Notes under the pieces: generated by a model
The model's input: only the letters and a program-made list of their open reading frames with translations
Databases searched by the model: none
Told to the model about the DNA's origin: nothing
Source of the DNA: Octopus vulgaris
Taxonomy: Eukaryota
Assembly: GCA_951406725.2 (NCBI GenBank)
Contig: OX597814.1
Location: 86,738,001 to 86,802,000 of the forward strand
Direction: 5' to 3'
Length of the DNA: 64,000 nt
Shown here: positions 25,720 through 39,753 of the stretch, one piece after another
Layout: each line of letters begins with the position of its first letter
Position numbering within the stretch: position 1 is the first letter of the stretch
Position numbers and translations under genes: made by a program

Positions 25720-26126
25720 GTAAGAGATTCAACCAAATGATTAAAAAAAAAAAAAGAATTATTACTTTTCGCTTTGGAATCTATCTTCAGATTTTTATTT
25801 TCACATCTTCCTCGTATGCTTATACTTTCACATCTTATTCGTACGATACTCGTACTTTGTTTTCAATTTAAATACACTCTTGATACTCTTTCTCTTTATG
25901 TGCAAGCATTATTAGGTAAACAGTTGTTTTACGAACTAAGCAGAAAATCCCTGTACATTACACAGAGTAAATATTTCATGTATTTGTTACATAATTCCAG
26001 TTTGAATAGCATTCCTTTACATTACGTTTCATGTTGAGTTCTCAAAGGGAGTTGTGCAATTTAGAGGTAACAAAAAACACGAGCCATATTTCCTATATGG
26101 ATGTAATAAACAAGCGTGGACCTAAG

Positions 26127-26490
26127 TGGCATTCTTTCGATATAACTCGACAAAATCAAAACATTTAATTTCGGGTATTTCCGTGGAAGCAAGTGATAGT
26201 TCGATTCTATTTCCTGCTTGGAAATTTGCAGATTTTACATACACACATGAAACAGGTAAGAACAAATATGCCGTACTACTTAAGAAGAATGGTCCCGGTG
26301 CGTACACTCGCGTACTCGCGCATCCGCGCTAGCTCGTCGTGGCTAGTCGATCCTTACTTTGCGTTTTTGTGTTTGCGCTAGCTAGTCGTAAGTAGTCGAT
26401 CCTACAACGACTTTTTAACCCTATCCCTAAACCCGGTACCACTGTTCGCTAGTAGTACCGATTTTGTCTAGTTATATCGAAAGAATGCCA
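26127..26490. mobile_element. MITE with ~31-bp near-perfect terminal inverted repeats, superfamily unassigned
   Basis: TGGCATTCTTTCGATATAACTCGACAAAATC...GATTTTGTCTAGTTATATCGAAAGAATGCCA, with one mismatch and a CpG-rich interior. Confidence 0.75.
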
Positions 26491-27769
26491 TATTACTCAT
26501 AAAAGACTGGATTGTTACTTAAACCATAAGTTGTTTCATTCAGGACTGACCTAGGCTAAACATACCACGCACGCATAAATCTGACTTATGCTGAAGCACC
26601 GCACTCGCATTTTAGACCTGTTCTCCTGACCTTTAAATTTGATTCCTTTCTTTCATATTTCTCTTCACTCTTTCAGTTTTCAACTGTAATTTTCGCTTCT
26701 CATCTAAATTATTTCTCTTTGTTTTTGATATCACTTTAAATACGTGATTTTAGCGATAATACATATCGTGGATTAAAATATACATACCATCTGGAATTAT
26801 CAATAGTTCTTGTGTCAAGCAAAGTATTAGATTCGTTAGTAAATTTAGTATTTGTTAGGACGATATTAAAGAGCATTAACTATCGAGATGAATTTTGAAA
26901 ATAATTTCAAATTTACTTAAATATAATGATATATTAAGAATATTGTGAGATTCAACATCGAGCTAATAAATGAAAAATTTTTTGCTAAACGTAAAACATA
27001 CTCAGCGTGTTTTGATTGAATATTCTATTCACTTTTGTTATAATAATTTAAAGTGTTATTTGAAATTCTTTACATTAAACTAATCTTTAGCTAGTCTGTT
27101 CAGCACATTGATATGCATCCACAAAGTTTCTGTCTTTTATCAGGCATAACTACAGATTTCTGCCCCACTGAATTTTGGATGATCACAACTTTCAGAAAAA
27201 TGGGTATTTTTTAAATGTAATTTTGTACGAATATGTGTTATATCATGTAAATTCCGAATATACAAATATTTTTGGGTGGGTGAGTGAGGGAAGGAGTGTT
27301 TTAGGAGGGGGTGGGGTGGGGAAATTTCGGAAAATTCACCGGAGTCCACGTCAATTCGTCTTAACTTTCAAGAAAATGGATATTTTTTTAATGAAATCCC
27401 CTACAAATATACCTTGGACTGTGTAGATTCCGAGGACAGGAATTTGGGGGGAAAACAATTGAGGGTTATTTCTGAGAACTTCGTTTCGGAACAAATAGTC
27501 CATATGTTTCTTTTTCTCCGTTTTGTGCGTTTGTGCATCCGTAGATTTCTATTGAAGCAACAAACAGGCAGTGAAGGCAAATGAAGCCCTCACCGGAAAA
27601 CTCATTATGCTAAAAATAAGAGCTAAAGGTCTGGTATACAGAAATATGTTATTTAGAAAGGCAGAAGACACCAGAAGCAATAACACAAATTCTTAGAAAA
27701 TGTTATTAAAAAATTATCCATTTTTCTGAAAGTTATGGTCATCCAAAGTCGGGGTGGGGAGCAGAAATC

Positions 27770-28277
27770 GGACTGCGGTCATGTTGGAGCACCACTTTGA
27801 ACGGTTTTACTTGAATGAATTGACCCCAGTACTTATTTTTTTGGCGATCCTTCGGTATAGGTACACACGTGACTTTGTTTACATTTCTGAAGATAACAGA
27901 AACCCTTTTCTCCCACCCCTAACCCTAACCCCCCCATATATAAAAAAAAAACAACACTTTCTTGAAATGTTTCCGGTACTTATACCGAAGTTACACCATT
28001 GTTAAAATCCTGGTACTTATTCTATTGGTCATTTTTGCCGAACAGCTAAGGGACATAAACAAACCAACATCAGTTGTCAAGCGATGGTAAAGGACAAACA
28101 CACACACACACAGACCGAGCCTTTTTCAGTTTCCATCCACCAAATCCATTCGCAAGGCTTTCGTCGGCGCTTAGCTATTGTACCACACGTTTGCCTAATG
28201 TGCCACGCAGCTGGACTCAAACCCGGAACCATATAGTTTGGGAGTGAACTTCCTAACACACAGTCATGCCTGCGCCT
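27770..28277 (-). mobile_element. tRNA-derived SINE (OK/OR-like), interrupted by ~180 bp of other sequence
   Basis: Head AGGCGCAGGCATGACTGTGTTAGG on the minus strand. Body and tail are homologous to 9868-10260. Confidence 0.65.
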
Positions 28278-29066
28278 GTCGACGATATATTTTTGAAACA
28301 GCATGTTTGCCAGATCGAGTTAACTTGTTTTTACCGGGTGGTGATGATGGTAGTTAAGTTGTATTCAGCTTACAAAGGTGGCCACGCTACGGGTATAAAC
28401 ATTAAATGGAGTGTATGAACTTGCATTACTAAACCTTAGTACTAGGCGTCTTTAAATATTTTTGTCTTATTCAGTCATTAGACTGCAGTTATGCTAGGGC
28501 ACCGCCTTGAAGTATTTTTAGTCAAATGAATCGACCCCGGTACCTATTTTTTAAGCCTAGTACTTTGCCCATCCTGTATCACTCTCATGTGATACACAGG
28601 ACATATTTCCCTGGCATCCAGACATCGTATATGATACATATTCCCGGCATTCTTTTGTTAGAAGCAGCAAAGTTGTTAAAAAATGTCAGCACAATCATAT
28701 GGTTGTTCGTTAATTTCCGTAGAAATTTTAAAAATTTCTTTATGCTTTGAAGAAAGGAGAAAGTGAAAAGGCAACGTTTGCTTTGAAGTGAGAGCAGAAA
28801 GTGAAAGATGTATGTACGTTATATGAAATGGACGTGTGTGTGTGAGAGAGAGATAGTGTGTAAAGGTGTAAGAAAGAAAGATGGTTATGCGAGGAAAAGA
28901 AAGCTGGATGAGGGTCATGTATGAGCAGCGAAACAGAGATAGAGAACAGTGGGAAGGAGAAAAAGAGAATTAGAGAGGATAGGGGAGAAAACTTGCATCA
29001 AAAAGGTCAAGATAAACTTACTTGGAAATGGATGCGTGGCGTTGAATTAAATAATAATGCAAATAA

Positions 29067-29105
<39 letters not shown>

Positions 29106-29429
29106 GGTGAACAAAGGTGGAATTGTGGTTGATAGACCAGTAATTCAGGGCGGGGTGGTAATTGACAGAACACAAATGGTAGAGAGTAGCAGTAAAATAA
29201 AATTGTAGATGGGTGAAAAATAGGGAGATGTTGTGTGGGTTGGAAGAGTAGATAGGATGAGAGAGAGACCTACTGTGATGGAGATGCAGGTCAGTGCTAT
29301 GTAGGGGTGAAAATAGCATTTGTCTTTCACTCTCAGAGGGGCCTTTTGTTACCAACAGAAATAATAGCTCAATGAATTTTCTCCATATTGTTCTTATTCT
29401 AGCAACTGTTCTTTCAGAATATCCTCATC

Positions 29430-29950
29430 CACTACTAATTATGTCACCTTGGTAACAGAAAACTGTCTTACCTCTTGGGTATTCAAGAAAATTCATTTCT
29501 TGTGTGTTCTTAGTGTTTATTTTTCCTGTGCATCTGCTACACACATAGTCTTTCTCCATTAGCCTTCCTGTGATTCCATTGCAGATTGTGTGTCCATAGC
29601 TGGCACTGGGTAGACTGTATTGGAATTTCTACCTACATCTTTCCTTCATATTGAGCAGGCCATTTTCCCAAAAGGATTAGAATCCTGTCTGTTTTTTGCT
29701 TACTAGAGGTTCGGTCTTTGCTAAGCCAACTTTATGGCTCTTTGATTGCAGGTTTTGCTCTCATGCCTGGAATTTTTTTCTAATTCTATTACAGATTTTG
29801 CTAATAGAACAAGGTCATCAGAATGTAATAGTTCCCAATGGCAACTGGTCTTAAATTCTTCTGTTATGACTTGGGGGGACTATGATGAATTAGAGGGGAC
29901 TAAGAACTGAGCCCTGGTGAACACCTAACTGTACACAAAATTTGCTACAC
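29430..29950 (-). mobile_element. Decayed RTE LINE RT fragment
   Basis: VQLGVHQGSVLSPL and WELLHSDDLVL on the minus strand. Confidence 0.7.
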
Positions 29951-30164
29951 ACTTTGCTCTCTCTTTCTATCTCTATGTATATGGGTGTCTGTCTGTTTAA
30001 GTGGATGGAACTTGTGGAAGAGGGTGACCCAGGATGACATGGGACGAAGTATTGAAGGCTGATCTTAAGATGCTGAGCTTTATGAAGGAGATGACTAAGG
30101 ATCAAGATATCTAGTGCACTGCTGTACTCAAGAAGACCTGTCTGTCACAGCAGAATTGATACTT

Positions 30165-30372
30165 ATTTCTTTACTACCCACAAGGGGACAGACAAACAGA
30201 TTAAGTCGATTATATCGACCCCAGTGCGTAACTGGTACTTATTCAATCGACCCTGAAAGGATGAAAGGCAAAGTCAACCTCGGCGGAACTTGAACTCAGA
30301 ACGTAAAGACAGACGAAATACCACTAGGCATTTCGCCCAGCGTGCTAACGTTTCTGCCAGCTCACCGCCTTA
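30165..30372 (-). mobile_element. tRNA-derived SINE with Nin/Deu-like central domain
   Basis: GGCGGTGAGCTGGCAGAAACGTTAGC...GAGTTCAAGTTCCGCC...GCCTTTCATCCTTTCAGGGTCGATTGAATAAGTACC. A degraded plus-strand copy lies near 32860-33065. Confidence 0.7.
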
Positions 30373-31240
30373 TTGATACCGATGCTGGTGGCTCAGTAAA
30401 AGTACTGGTGCTGGTGTCACATAAAAATGAATGTGCAAGTTACTGAAAATATCACTGAGGTAGTGGACATTACAAAGGAAAATCTTACAACATGAAGGAC
30501 AACAACTGAGGTGGAAAATTGAGGAGAAATACATGTAATACAGTTCAATGCATACACAAACAAAAAGTTTGTGTATTATCTTTCAACTGGGCTCAGAAAA
30601 ACAGCCATACATATACTTAAATCAGAGCCTCATGAGTAGATTTGGTAGATGAAAACTGAAAGAAGCCCATTTGTGTGTGTCCCCTTGTCTTGATATGTTT
30701 GATACTTGTAGGTCTGTCATACAAGCAATGCCATTAATTTTCAATCTTTTGCAAAAAGATGTCTGGCCATGGCAAAATAATACCCTGCTTGGAAACCGGT
30801 GAGGTTTGGTGACAGGAAGAGCAACTGACCATAGAAAATCTGTGTCAGCAAACTCCTTTGACCTATGCAAGCATGGAAAAGTGGACTTTAAAATGATGAT
30901 GATTTGAGGTTGTTTTAAATTTCCCCCTAATCATCATAGGTCTCCAGATTGTAACAGAAGAATTTAAGACTATTTCCCCCTGGGAACTATTTTATGTCGA
31001 TGACTTTGCTCTTATCACAGAATCTTAAAACAAGAAATTCCATGTGTAGAAGCAAAACATAGAGTTGACTGGTCTTAAAATTAACTCAACAGAGACCAAA
31101 GTTGTGTGCGCCTGTGTATATATGTGTAGGCATGTGCATGTGAACAGAATGCTTGTTTATATGTACATCTTTATACAGACATGTGTACACACATGCATGC
31201 ACACATATTTGTGTGACTGTTGGTACATAAACACATATCT

Positions 31241-31762
31241 TCATCATCATTGTTTAACGTCCATTTTCCGCACTAGCACAGGTTCAACCGGGGTCTGGGA
31301 AGCCAGGAGGCTGCACCAGGCTCCAGTCTGATCTAGCAGTGTTTCTACAGCTGGATGCCCTTCCTAACGCCAACCACTCCGCGAGTGTAGTGGGTGTTTT
31401 TTACGTGCCACTGGCACAGGTGCCAGGGGAGTCTGGCATCGGCCACGATCGGTTGGTGCTTTTAACGTGCCACCGGCACAGCAGCCAGTCAAGACAGCGG
31501 TGGCATTGGCCACGTTCAGATGGTGCTTTTAACGTGCCACCGGCACAGCAGCCAGTCAAGACAGCGGTGGCATTGGCCACGTTCAGATGGTGCTTTTTAT
31601 GTGCCACCGGCACAGAATCCAGTCGAGGCGGCGCTGGCATCGGCCACGTTCGGATGGTGTTTTTTATGTGCCACCGGCACAGGTATCACAACTACTATTT
31701 CCATTGATATTTATTTCGATGTTCATGTACTTGACTCAATAGGTCTCCTCAAGCACAGCGGA
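31241..31762 (-). mobile_element. RTE-tail SINE / LINE 3' fragment with an internal 67-bp VNTR
   Basis: (CAT)n tail at the left end. GGTGCTTTT...GTGCCACCGGCACAG units start at 31455, 31522, 31589 and 31656. Homologous to the RTE 3' UTR at 3880-4308. Confidence 0.8.
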
Positions 31763-33065
31763 TGTACAAATTTGCTTATCTACGAATAAAAAATTCCACC
31801 ATCCTCTGCATTCACCTTCACTCCCCACCTAAAATACATACATACCATAACTTACGTAGCTGTTCTTAAATACTAATCAATCCACTAAAACACACATCTT
31901 CTCAAGTTTACTTCCAGTTATTTTTAATTATTCACAATCAGTCACATTTATTCAGTTTTCATCTCTGTTGTCATTCATTGCTATATTAATACTTGTATAC
32001 CTAAACATGAATCTACCTGTCTGCCAAACCATTTACAGTCAACCCAGTACCATCACCCCTTACACTTAACTTTCAATCTTGTTGCATGACCACAGCCAGT
32101 CTTATATCATAAAAGAGAAACTGATCTGTGTCTGTCTGCCCATCACAACATCTATTAGAGGGAGGGAAGGAGAGGAATCAAGAGGAGATAACCCCTGTCA
32201 TAGCATATATTTAGAAGAGGAGAAAAAGTTGTCAAAAGAGAAATACAGTGAGAGAATGTGTGTATGAAAGATAGATAAATAGCTAGTGTTGTCACCATAG
32301 TAACTAACAAATTTTGATTAAGAATGCAGGAATTTTAAGTGTAAGTTTGTCAACAACAATATAACACAAATTTCCAAAAAAAAAGATATTTTTATATGTA
32401 ATATAGTTTTTTTTTTTTGGGGTTGTGTGTGTTTCTGTGTCTTTCAACATACAGACAATATAACACAGATTTTTTAAAAAATCTTTCACTTTGAACTATT
32501 TTTGAAGGTATGTGCATGATTGACAAATATTTTTACAGGTAGCATAATAACCTAGTTGTTAATTAAAATTCCTATCCAAGGAAAACTCTTCCATATTCCC
32601 AGCCTCTATGTTATACACACACACCACAAATCTTAGCTAGTTACGAACTCACTATCCCCACAATCCTTAGCACTCTTATCACTCATTACTCCTAGTAGAT
32701 CCACAAACCCTCACTCCAGTCTTCCCATACTTCCAACCAGTTGCTAATTTTCCTCTCCATTACAACTACTATCAGCTACATTTTTTATAAATATAACTTG
32801 AAGCTCGCAAAATATTCACATGTTCTAAAGTGAGGCAAGATGGAACTATTGTCCTTGAGATATGAATCTGGTAGAACCATTTCCACACTGGACAAAATGC
32901 TCAGCAGCATTTCTTCTGGCTTTTCATCTTGAGTTCAAATACTGCTAGGGTCAGGTTAGCCTTTCAGGGTCAATAAAATTAAGTACCAGTTGGTCACTTG
33001 GATTGATGTAATTGACTTATCTCACCCCACCAAAATTTTTGCCCTGTGCCAGAATTTGAAACCAA

Positions 33066-36000
33066 TCTCTTAATATATAAAAGAGAGTTGTGTGTGTATG
33101 TTCCTTATGGATTCAAAAACTGAGTTACCGATTTTGACGTATGAAGTATCAAAAAATTTAGTAATTTTTTGGCTTGTAAACAAACTTTTATTTTCATTTA
33201 CATATTTGCATTACAAAAATTTAACATTATAATCTTTGTACAAGTCACCTATCGTAAACATTTTATACCATGATGACGGCACATTTTCTATATGAGTGTG
33301 TATGTATCTGTCTGTATGTGTGTGTCTGCGTGTTTGTTACCTATGTTAGGCCAATGACTGAAAAATATGTGTGTATGTGTCTGTCAGTATACATACAATT
33401 TTGTGACAACTGACATGCACACACATGCATGCCTCTAAAGACAAGGACAGACACAGAGGGACAGAGATAGGCCTGAGGTGTGCGTGAATGTGTGTCTGTT
33501 TTAGTATATGTATGGACAAATGAGACCATAACCCATGGCCTCTACCTGGGATGTAGCCAGTCCACTTATGCATACCTTTCCTTCTTGGGACACAAAACTC
33601 TACTTGTGAAGACCTGTTGAGGCAAGTGGAAATCAGAATCAAAATCGAAATCAATCAACATCAATGGAAATTGTAGCTGTGATACCAGTGCCGGTGGCAT
33701 GTAATCGAACCATCTAAACGTGGCCGTTTCCAGCGCCGCCCCCAGACCCCAGTTGAACTGTCCAACCCATGCTAGCATGGAAAGCGGATGCTAAATGATG
33801 ATGATGTGATTGTACCGCCCAACAGTGAAATGTCCCAATTTTGAAATAGTTTAGTTGCAGCCTGGGTGTTAAATAAACAGCAGTGTTCACTTTGAAGTAC
33901 CTCTGTTTGGATTTTCCATTTCATCCTGGAGAGTTCAGGTTTAAGCAGTATTAATGATTATCACTACTTATGTGCTGAAATATTTTGGTTTTTATAGCCA
34001 GCATGAAGATTTGACTGATTTGACAACACTCACAAAATTCACAAATATATCTGAAAAAACAAATGTTATTCTGGTTATTATAACAAATTTGAAAACTTGG
34101 TGAAGTAGAAAGCCTTAGCGGCTCTTTCAATATAAATACAGAAAATGTTATTCCAGTCTTTATAACCAGTTTGAAGATAATGGTTTTTTAATAGTTGTAG
34201 CGTCCTTATCGTATTTTTGCTATGCTGCTTTATCAGTGTGAGTATTCAACGTTGCACAACCTTTTTACTGTATTAGTATTTAATTTACAGCATATAACCA
34301 TACACAGTTAAAATATATAGCAAGTGATGTCAAATTAATTTATGTCTTGCTACATACATCCTTCAGCAAATGTTTTAAATTAAGTAATGTTCACAACAAC
34401 ATATTCCCTTGTACAAACTTTAACGTTAGTTTAAAAATTGTAAAATAATAAATTATTTTTGTATGTAAAATTGAATTATACCTTCTGAATTTTCTTGAAG
34501 CTTGACTTTCTTTACTGTCACTTTCAATCCTGAATTTTATAACATTTAGTGCATGTTCCAAATAAATGTTGAGTTTTTGTTCTTTGTTACATTGTGATGC
34601 ATAGTAATTTTTACTAAATTGGTGACTTTCCGACGCTGGAATATTTCTCCTGGAAATATTCCCTAAAGAAGATTTTCATAGCTTAACTGTGCTACAGAAA
34701 GTATGTTTTGCATCCATATTGACTATATTTTGTTTTCACTTGAACTTGGTGTGTGTATGTTTTGCTGTTTTCATTATTATCAGTTCTATGAGTGTCTATG
34801 TGAGTTTGTGTTTTCACATTCGTTATGTTTATAGTAAATTATAGCAAAGGACATTTTACACCGTTTTAATGAGCCCACATCTAATGAAGTAGCCATCCTT
34901 ATGGTAGGTGATCCCAATGAAAATCGAGATATTCTCATTCGTGCTCAAGATAACAACCTTAAACATGTTTCAGAGACTCATCCCTCTTATGATGCTTTCC
35001 AGTATCCTCTTATTTTGTGGAATGGGCAAGATGGGTATCATTTCAATATTCCACAAATTGAACCTGCAACAAGAGAGCCAATTACAAACAAAAGGTGTCG
35101 TCAAATGACTTCTATTCTTACCAACTGATGTAAGACCAGAACAATCAAATCAATTACACATGTGATCTATTTCAGTAATACCTGGTTGATATGTATGCCA
35201 AAGTTGAGAGTGAGCGTCTCCTCTACATTCGTAACAATCAGAAAAGGTTAAGGGCTAAAAATTATGTTCATCTCCAAGATGCTCTGAGGACAGATGGTGA
35301 TACTCAAAACATGAGGCAACTATAATCCTCCCATCATCATTCACTGGTGGTCCTTGATATATGCATGAATAACCACAAGAGACTATGACATATGTCAGGA
35401 CATATGGAAAACCAGATCTTTTTGTCACTTTCACCTGCAATCCTAAATAGGAGGAAATAAAAATCTAACCTTCTTCCAGTGTTGCATCTTCTTGTATTGC
35501 AGCTACCCAACTCAATGGGAGAAGAACTGCTCATTTCATGTTCAAGCTCCCTCTAAATCTTTCAATGAAAGAATCTCAAATGTGCAACATTTCCAAAAAC
35601 TCTGCAATGGCAACAGTTCTCCAACAAACTTGCCACATTGTTTGGGATGAGTGCACTGTCACATTGTGGAGCTCCAAGACATATAAAACAATCACACTTT
35701 TCTTCCAGGAGATTTTCATCAAATGTTGCCAGTTGTCTCCAAAAGATTGAAAGCTGATGAGGTCAATGCATGCTTCAAAAAATCGTACCTTTGGAGATGT
35801 AAAAAAACTTCATCCTACAAAGAACATCAGAGTACTTCTATGAGGTGATCATACGAGCTTCTTAAGATTGGTAATGGAATATCAACATTCAACTCAAGAC
35901 TTCAGCTGTTCAAATGATAATTTCTCTTAGGGATCTTATGGAAAAAGTATTTCCTAATTTATCTGTCAATTTCACTGATGTAAACTGGCTATCTCAAAAA

Positions 36001-36600
36001 CTATACTAGCTCCAACTAATGAAATGGTTGATAAACTCAATCATGAACTTCAAAAGTTAACAGATACATCAAAAATAACTTTTCGATCAATTGACAACAA
36101 TCAAGATCAAGTTGTTCAATACCATGTTAAATTTCTGGACACACTTAAGCTGACTGGGATGCCACTGCATAACTTGACACTAAAACTGGGTGTTCCCATT
36201 ATGTTGCTTAGGAATTTTGACCCATCTCACCTGTGTACTGGATCTCGCTTAATTGTCCTACAGGCAACAATTATAACAGGTAGTCACAAAGGAGAAAATG
36301 TCTTCATTCCAAAAATTCCTCTCACACCTACAGATGTTCTATTTCAATTTAAGATGCTTCAGTTTCCAGTCAAACTAAGTTTTGGTATTTCAATTAACAA
36401 ATCTCATGGTCAGTCCCTCAACATAATTGGACTTGATCTCTCTACTACATGCTTCTCCCATGGTTACATAGCTTGCTTGCGAGTTGGTAGCAGCGACAAT
36501 TTATTCATTTCGCCTCCAAAAAATTACACAATGAATATTGTTTACCCTGAAGTACTTCAAGATTGACAGATTTTCAGTTCTAAATTCTATTATCATTACA
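33066..36600 (+). mobile_element. Decayed autonomous-type Helitron (Rep and PIF1 helicase remnants)
   Basis: Rep motifs HPSYDAFQYPLI and YGKPDLFVTFTCNP. Helicase motifs ASSCIAAT..GRRTAH, IVWDE, and ORF 36024-36566 with GMPLHNLTLKLGVPIMLLRN and QFPVKLSFGISINKSHGQSL. Candidate 5' end A|TCTCTTAATATATAAAA at 33066; its linkage to the coding part is inferred and the 3' end was not found. Confidence 0.85.
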
Positions 36601-38060
36601 ATTTGGATATTTTAAAATAAAATATAGATATTTTGACCCCGCTGCATGTTAAATTCAAGAACTGGACTTTTTGGATCATGTCCACATGTCACAAAATACC
36701 TGTTATAGTTTTGGGCTCCCCAAGATCATGGTTAGAATCCACATTTCTATTTTGTTCCTGCACAAGCTTTTCCATATTGATGTGTAATTTTTTATATATA
36801 TTTTTTCCCTTTTTCCTTTATAATTGTGTGAGTGTGTGTATGTATGTATATATATATATCCCATGCTAGCATGGAAAGCGGGCGTTAAACGATGATGATA
36901 TATATTTATATCTATTATATGTATATGAGTGTAAGACTGTGTCCGGTGCATATGTGCAATTTTCATGCACATGTTCCCTTCATTTATACGGATATGCATT
37001 TGTTTGTATATATGCAGGAGTGTGAATGTTAGTGATAAAGATCACCTCTTCTTACAATATCAGGGCAATTGCAAGCTTTTGATAGCAAGTAAGTCATCTG
37101 GATGAAACCATAATCAACAAGAAGTGGGGGAAAACAATATTGTATTACTTCACTTTTCTGTGACATGGTAACTTCTTTGCAGTTTCAGTACATTTCCATT
37201 ATTGTTTGAATTGTTTTATCACTCTGTAATTCTATGAGGATTTCTTATGTAAACATCAGTTGTATTTCCTCCAGATGGAGGATGCACCACTCAATTTGGA
37301 ATGCTCTCGTCTAGCAAATTACTGAACTGAACTTTATCATTGTACAAATGCTCAAATATCCAACATACAAAGAAAGACAATCAGTTCAATATTGTTGGGA
37401 GCCAGGGTCAGAAATTGCAGCTGTCTATATCTTGATTCTGGGTACTACACAAAAATCTTGCTTACTCACCTGCTTCAGTGGTGAAATGGAAATAAAACAT
37501 TAAAATCATACATATAAGTTGGATGGGCAGTGGTTGGGGACTAGCTTTACTGCATCCAGTAGTGCATTCTTTTATTTTCCTGATATTGTTAAATGCTAGT
37601 TTCTTTGTGGTCATCTTGTATTTTGGTTTTAGTAGTTTGATAGTATATTTTTAATACTTGGCATCATGTCACTTTGCCTCTGAATGTATATTATCTTCAT
37701 GTGACCCTAAAAATGTGGTATGGCTTACTAGAGAATCACATAGTTCCTTTGAGACCATGAAAGTCTTTGTTGAGTCATTTGAGCAATTCATGAAATTTCA
37801 CTTGATGAATGTTCTTGCAGCTTGTATATCTACATTATTTAAAGTTCTGATTTTTCTCATAGAGATTTTTCGTCTTTATTATTTTTGTACTCATTGCTTG
37901 TACTGAGTGCACAACATTGGGCTTAATGCATATTTTCTTATAAGATTAACTTCAAGATGTCAACAGCATGTTTTATTGTTGTGCAAAATACAATACTTTT
38001 ATGTCAGATTTACTGTGTCAAGTATAATTGTTTGTAAACCATTTATTGCTTTGTTTACAG

Positions 38061-38127
38061 ACACAGAAGATGCCAGTGAAACTGACATGGTCAAGCGAGA
38101 AGAGGAGTACACAGAAATCAAGGAACA
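38061..38127 (+). CDS. SUDS3: SDS3 coding exon 2
   Basis: tttacag|(D)TEDASETDMVKREEEYTEIKE(Q)|gtaagt. Confidence 0.95.
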
Positions 38128-39322
38128 GTAAGTCGACATGCTATTGTTGAAGTTGTATGGTGTTGGGATATGTTGTTATGGGGTAGTCAGTCCAGTTGAT
38201 ACAAATTTAAACTTGATGCCAGCTAAGTGAATATTTGAGAGTGTTGAAACTGTACTCACTGTCATGCAGTATTTGGTTTTGTGAAAATACAGTGTGATTG
38301 TCTGGATATGTTTTATTTAGTACGCTGTTCACTTGGATACCCTCTTTTAAATTAATGACTAATAACTGAACTGTTTGTTAATATTGAGTTTTGCATTATC
38401 TTTATCATCTCAAATTACACATCTTTCTTCTGTTTATTTTATTATGTTTAAACACCACTGTCATTCCATAGATGTTGATGACAGGAAAGTCTGTTCAGCT
38501 ATAGACATTGCTATCATTTCTTGATCTATGCTTGGAAGAGCATTCATGAATAGACATGTTCACCTGTTACCTCTTAGTTTAGAGTTTGGTGATAAACTGT
38601 TTAACCTGGACAAATCTATCATTTAATGGTCAAGTAGTTTGTACTGGGAAGAGTAATGAACCACTATCAGTTTGGATTATGAATATTCACTTGTTCAATC
38701 AACTCATCTGTATTTTCATTTAATTAGCATCTAAGTTGCTGAACATTCCACAGATATGTGTAACTTTAACATAATTCTCTGTTAGAATTAGTGTGACAAA
38801 GTTGGATCATTAAATTACGGGTACAATCCATTTGATGGACTTTCATTCAATTATCTATCCAGTTTCACTGACAAGGCTTGAGTCAACTTCAGGCTATGGT
38901 AAAAGACATGTACCCAAGATAATATGCAGTAGGCCAGGACCTCATACTTGCAAAGTGAACATTTTAATGATTTGGGCATGCTGCATTTTTCTAACAAGAA
39001 AGAGTATTTTAGTGTAGATTTCCAGAACTATTAGCATGAAATAATAGTGGGTATAAATTTTTAAAGGAAAATAAACTTAAATGTTTTTTTTTTTCTTTTG
39101 TGTGTTCTGGTGTAAGTTGAATGAATCTTTAGATTGTGATGTACTGTCTTTTAATATACTTCCTTATATCTGTCAAACTGGCATCTATTCTTTAAACTGT
39201 TTAGAAGTATAGTAAATTGCTTTGTTTTAGATGGCTGAAGCAGGGTTTGAAATTATATAGGTTCAATTTATCTGCAGTGGTTTTAATAACCATATAATTA
39301 CAGAGATTTCTCCTTGTTTCAG

Positions 39323-39470
39323 GATGTACCAGGATAAACTATTACAAATAAAGAAGCAACTACAGCAATTACAGGAAGGAGTTCTTCCTGAATATATGAA
39401 GAAAAACTGTCGGATTGAGCAACAGTACCGTGACCGGCTGCTCAGTAATGAGATTTGGAGAGGCTACGAG
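39323..39470 (+). CDS. SUDS3: SDS3 coding exon 3
   Basis: tttcag|MYQDKLLQIKKQLQQLQEGVLPEY...IWRGYE|gtaata, the Sds3 coiled coil. Confidence 0.95.
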
Positions 39471-39539
39471 GTAATAGAAATGTATTCCACATATAAAGAC
39501 TTATCTATTTTTGAGAAGTAACACATAGTGGGTTATCAT

Positions 39540-39753
39540 GGCTGCTGCCAGCCTCCCCTGGTACCTGGGCCGGTGGCATGTAAAAAGCACCCACTACACT
39601 CACAGAGTGGTTGGCGTTACGAAGGGCATCCAACTGTAGAAACACTGCCCGATCAGACTGGAACCTGGTGCAGCCTCCTGGCTTCCCAGACCCCGGTCGA
39701 ACTGTCCAACCCATGCTAGCATGGAAAATGGACGTTAAACGATGATGATGATG
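39540..39753 (+). mobile_element. RTE-tail SINE
   Basis: AAAAAGCACCCACTACACTC...GAAGGGCATCCA...CCATGCTAGCATGGAAAATGGACGTTAAACGATGATG. Further copies lie near 33520-33806, 47080-47310, 47680-47835 and 47985-48170. Confidence 0.8.

Noticed and set aside
36024-36566. Cellular PIF1 helicase gene
   Set aside because: It is intronless, has degraded motifs, sits next to Helitron Rep remnants and lies inside a SUDS3 intron.
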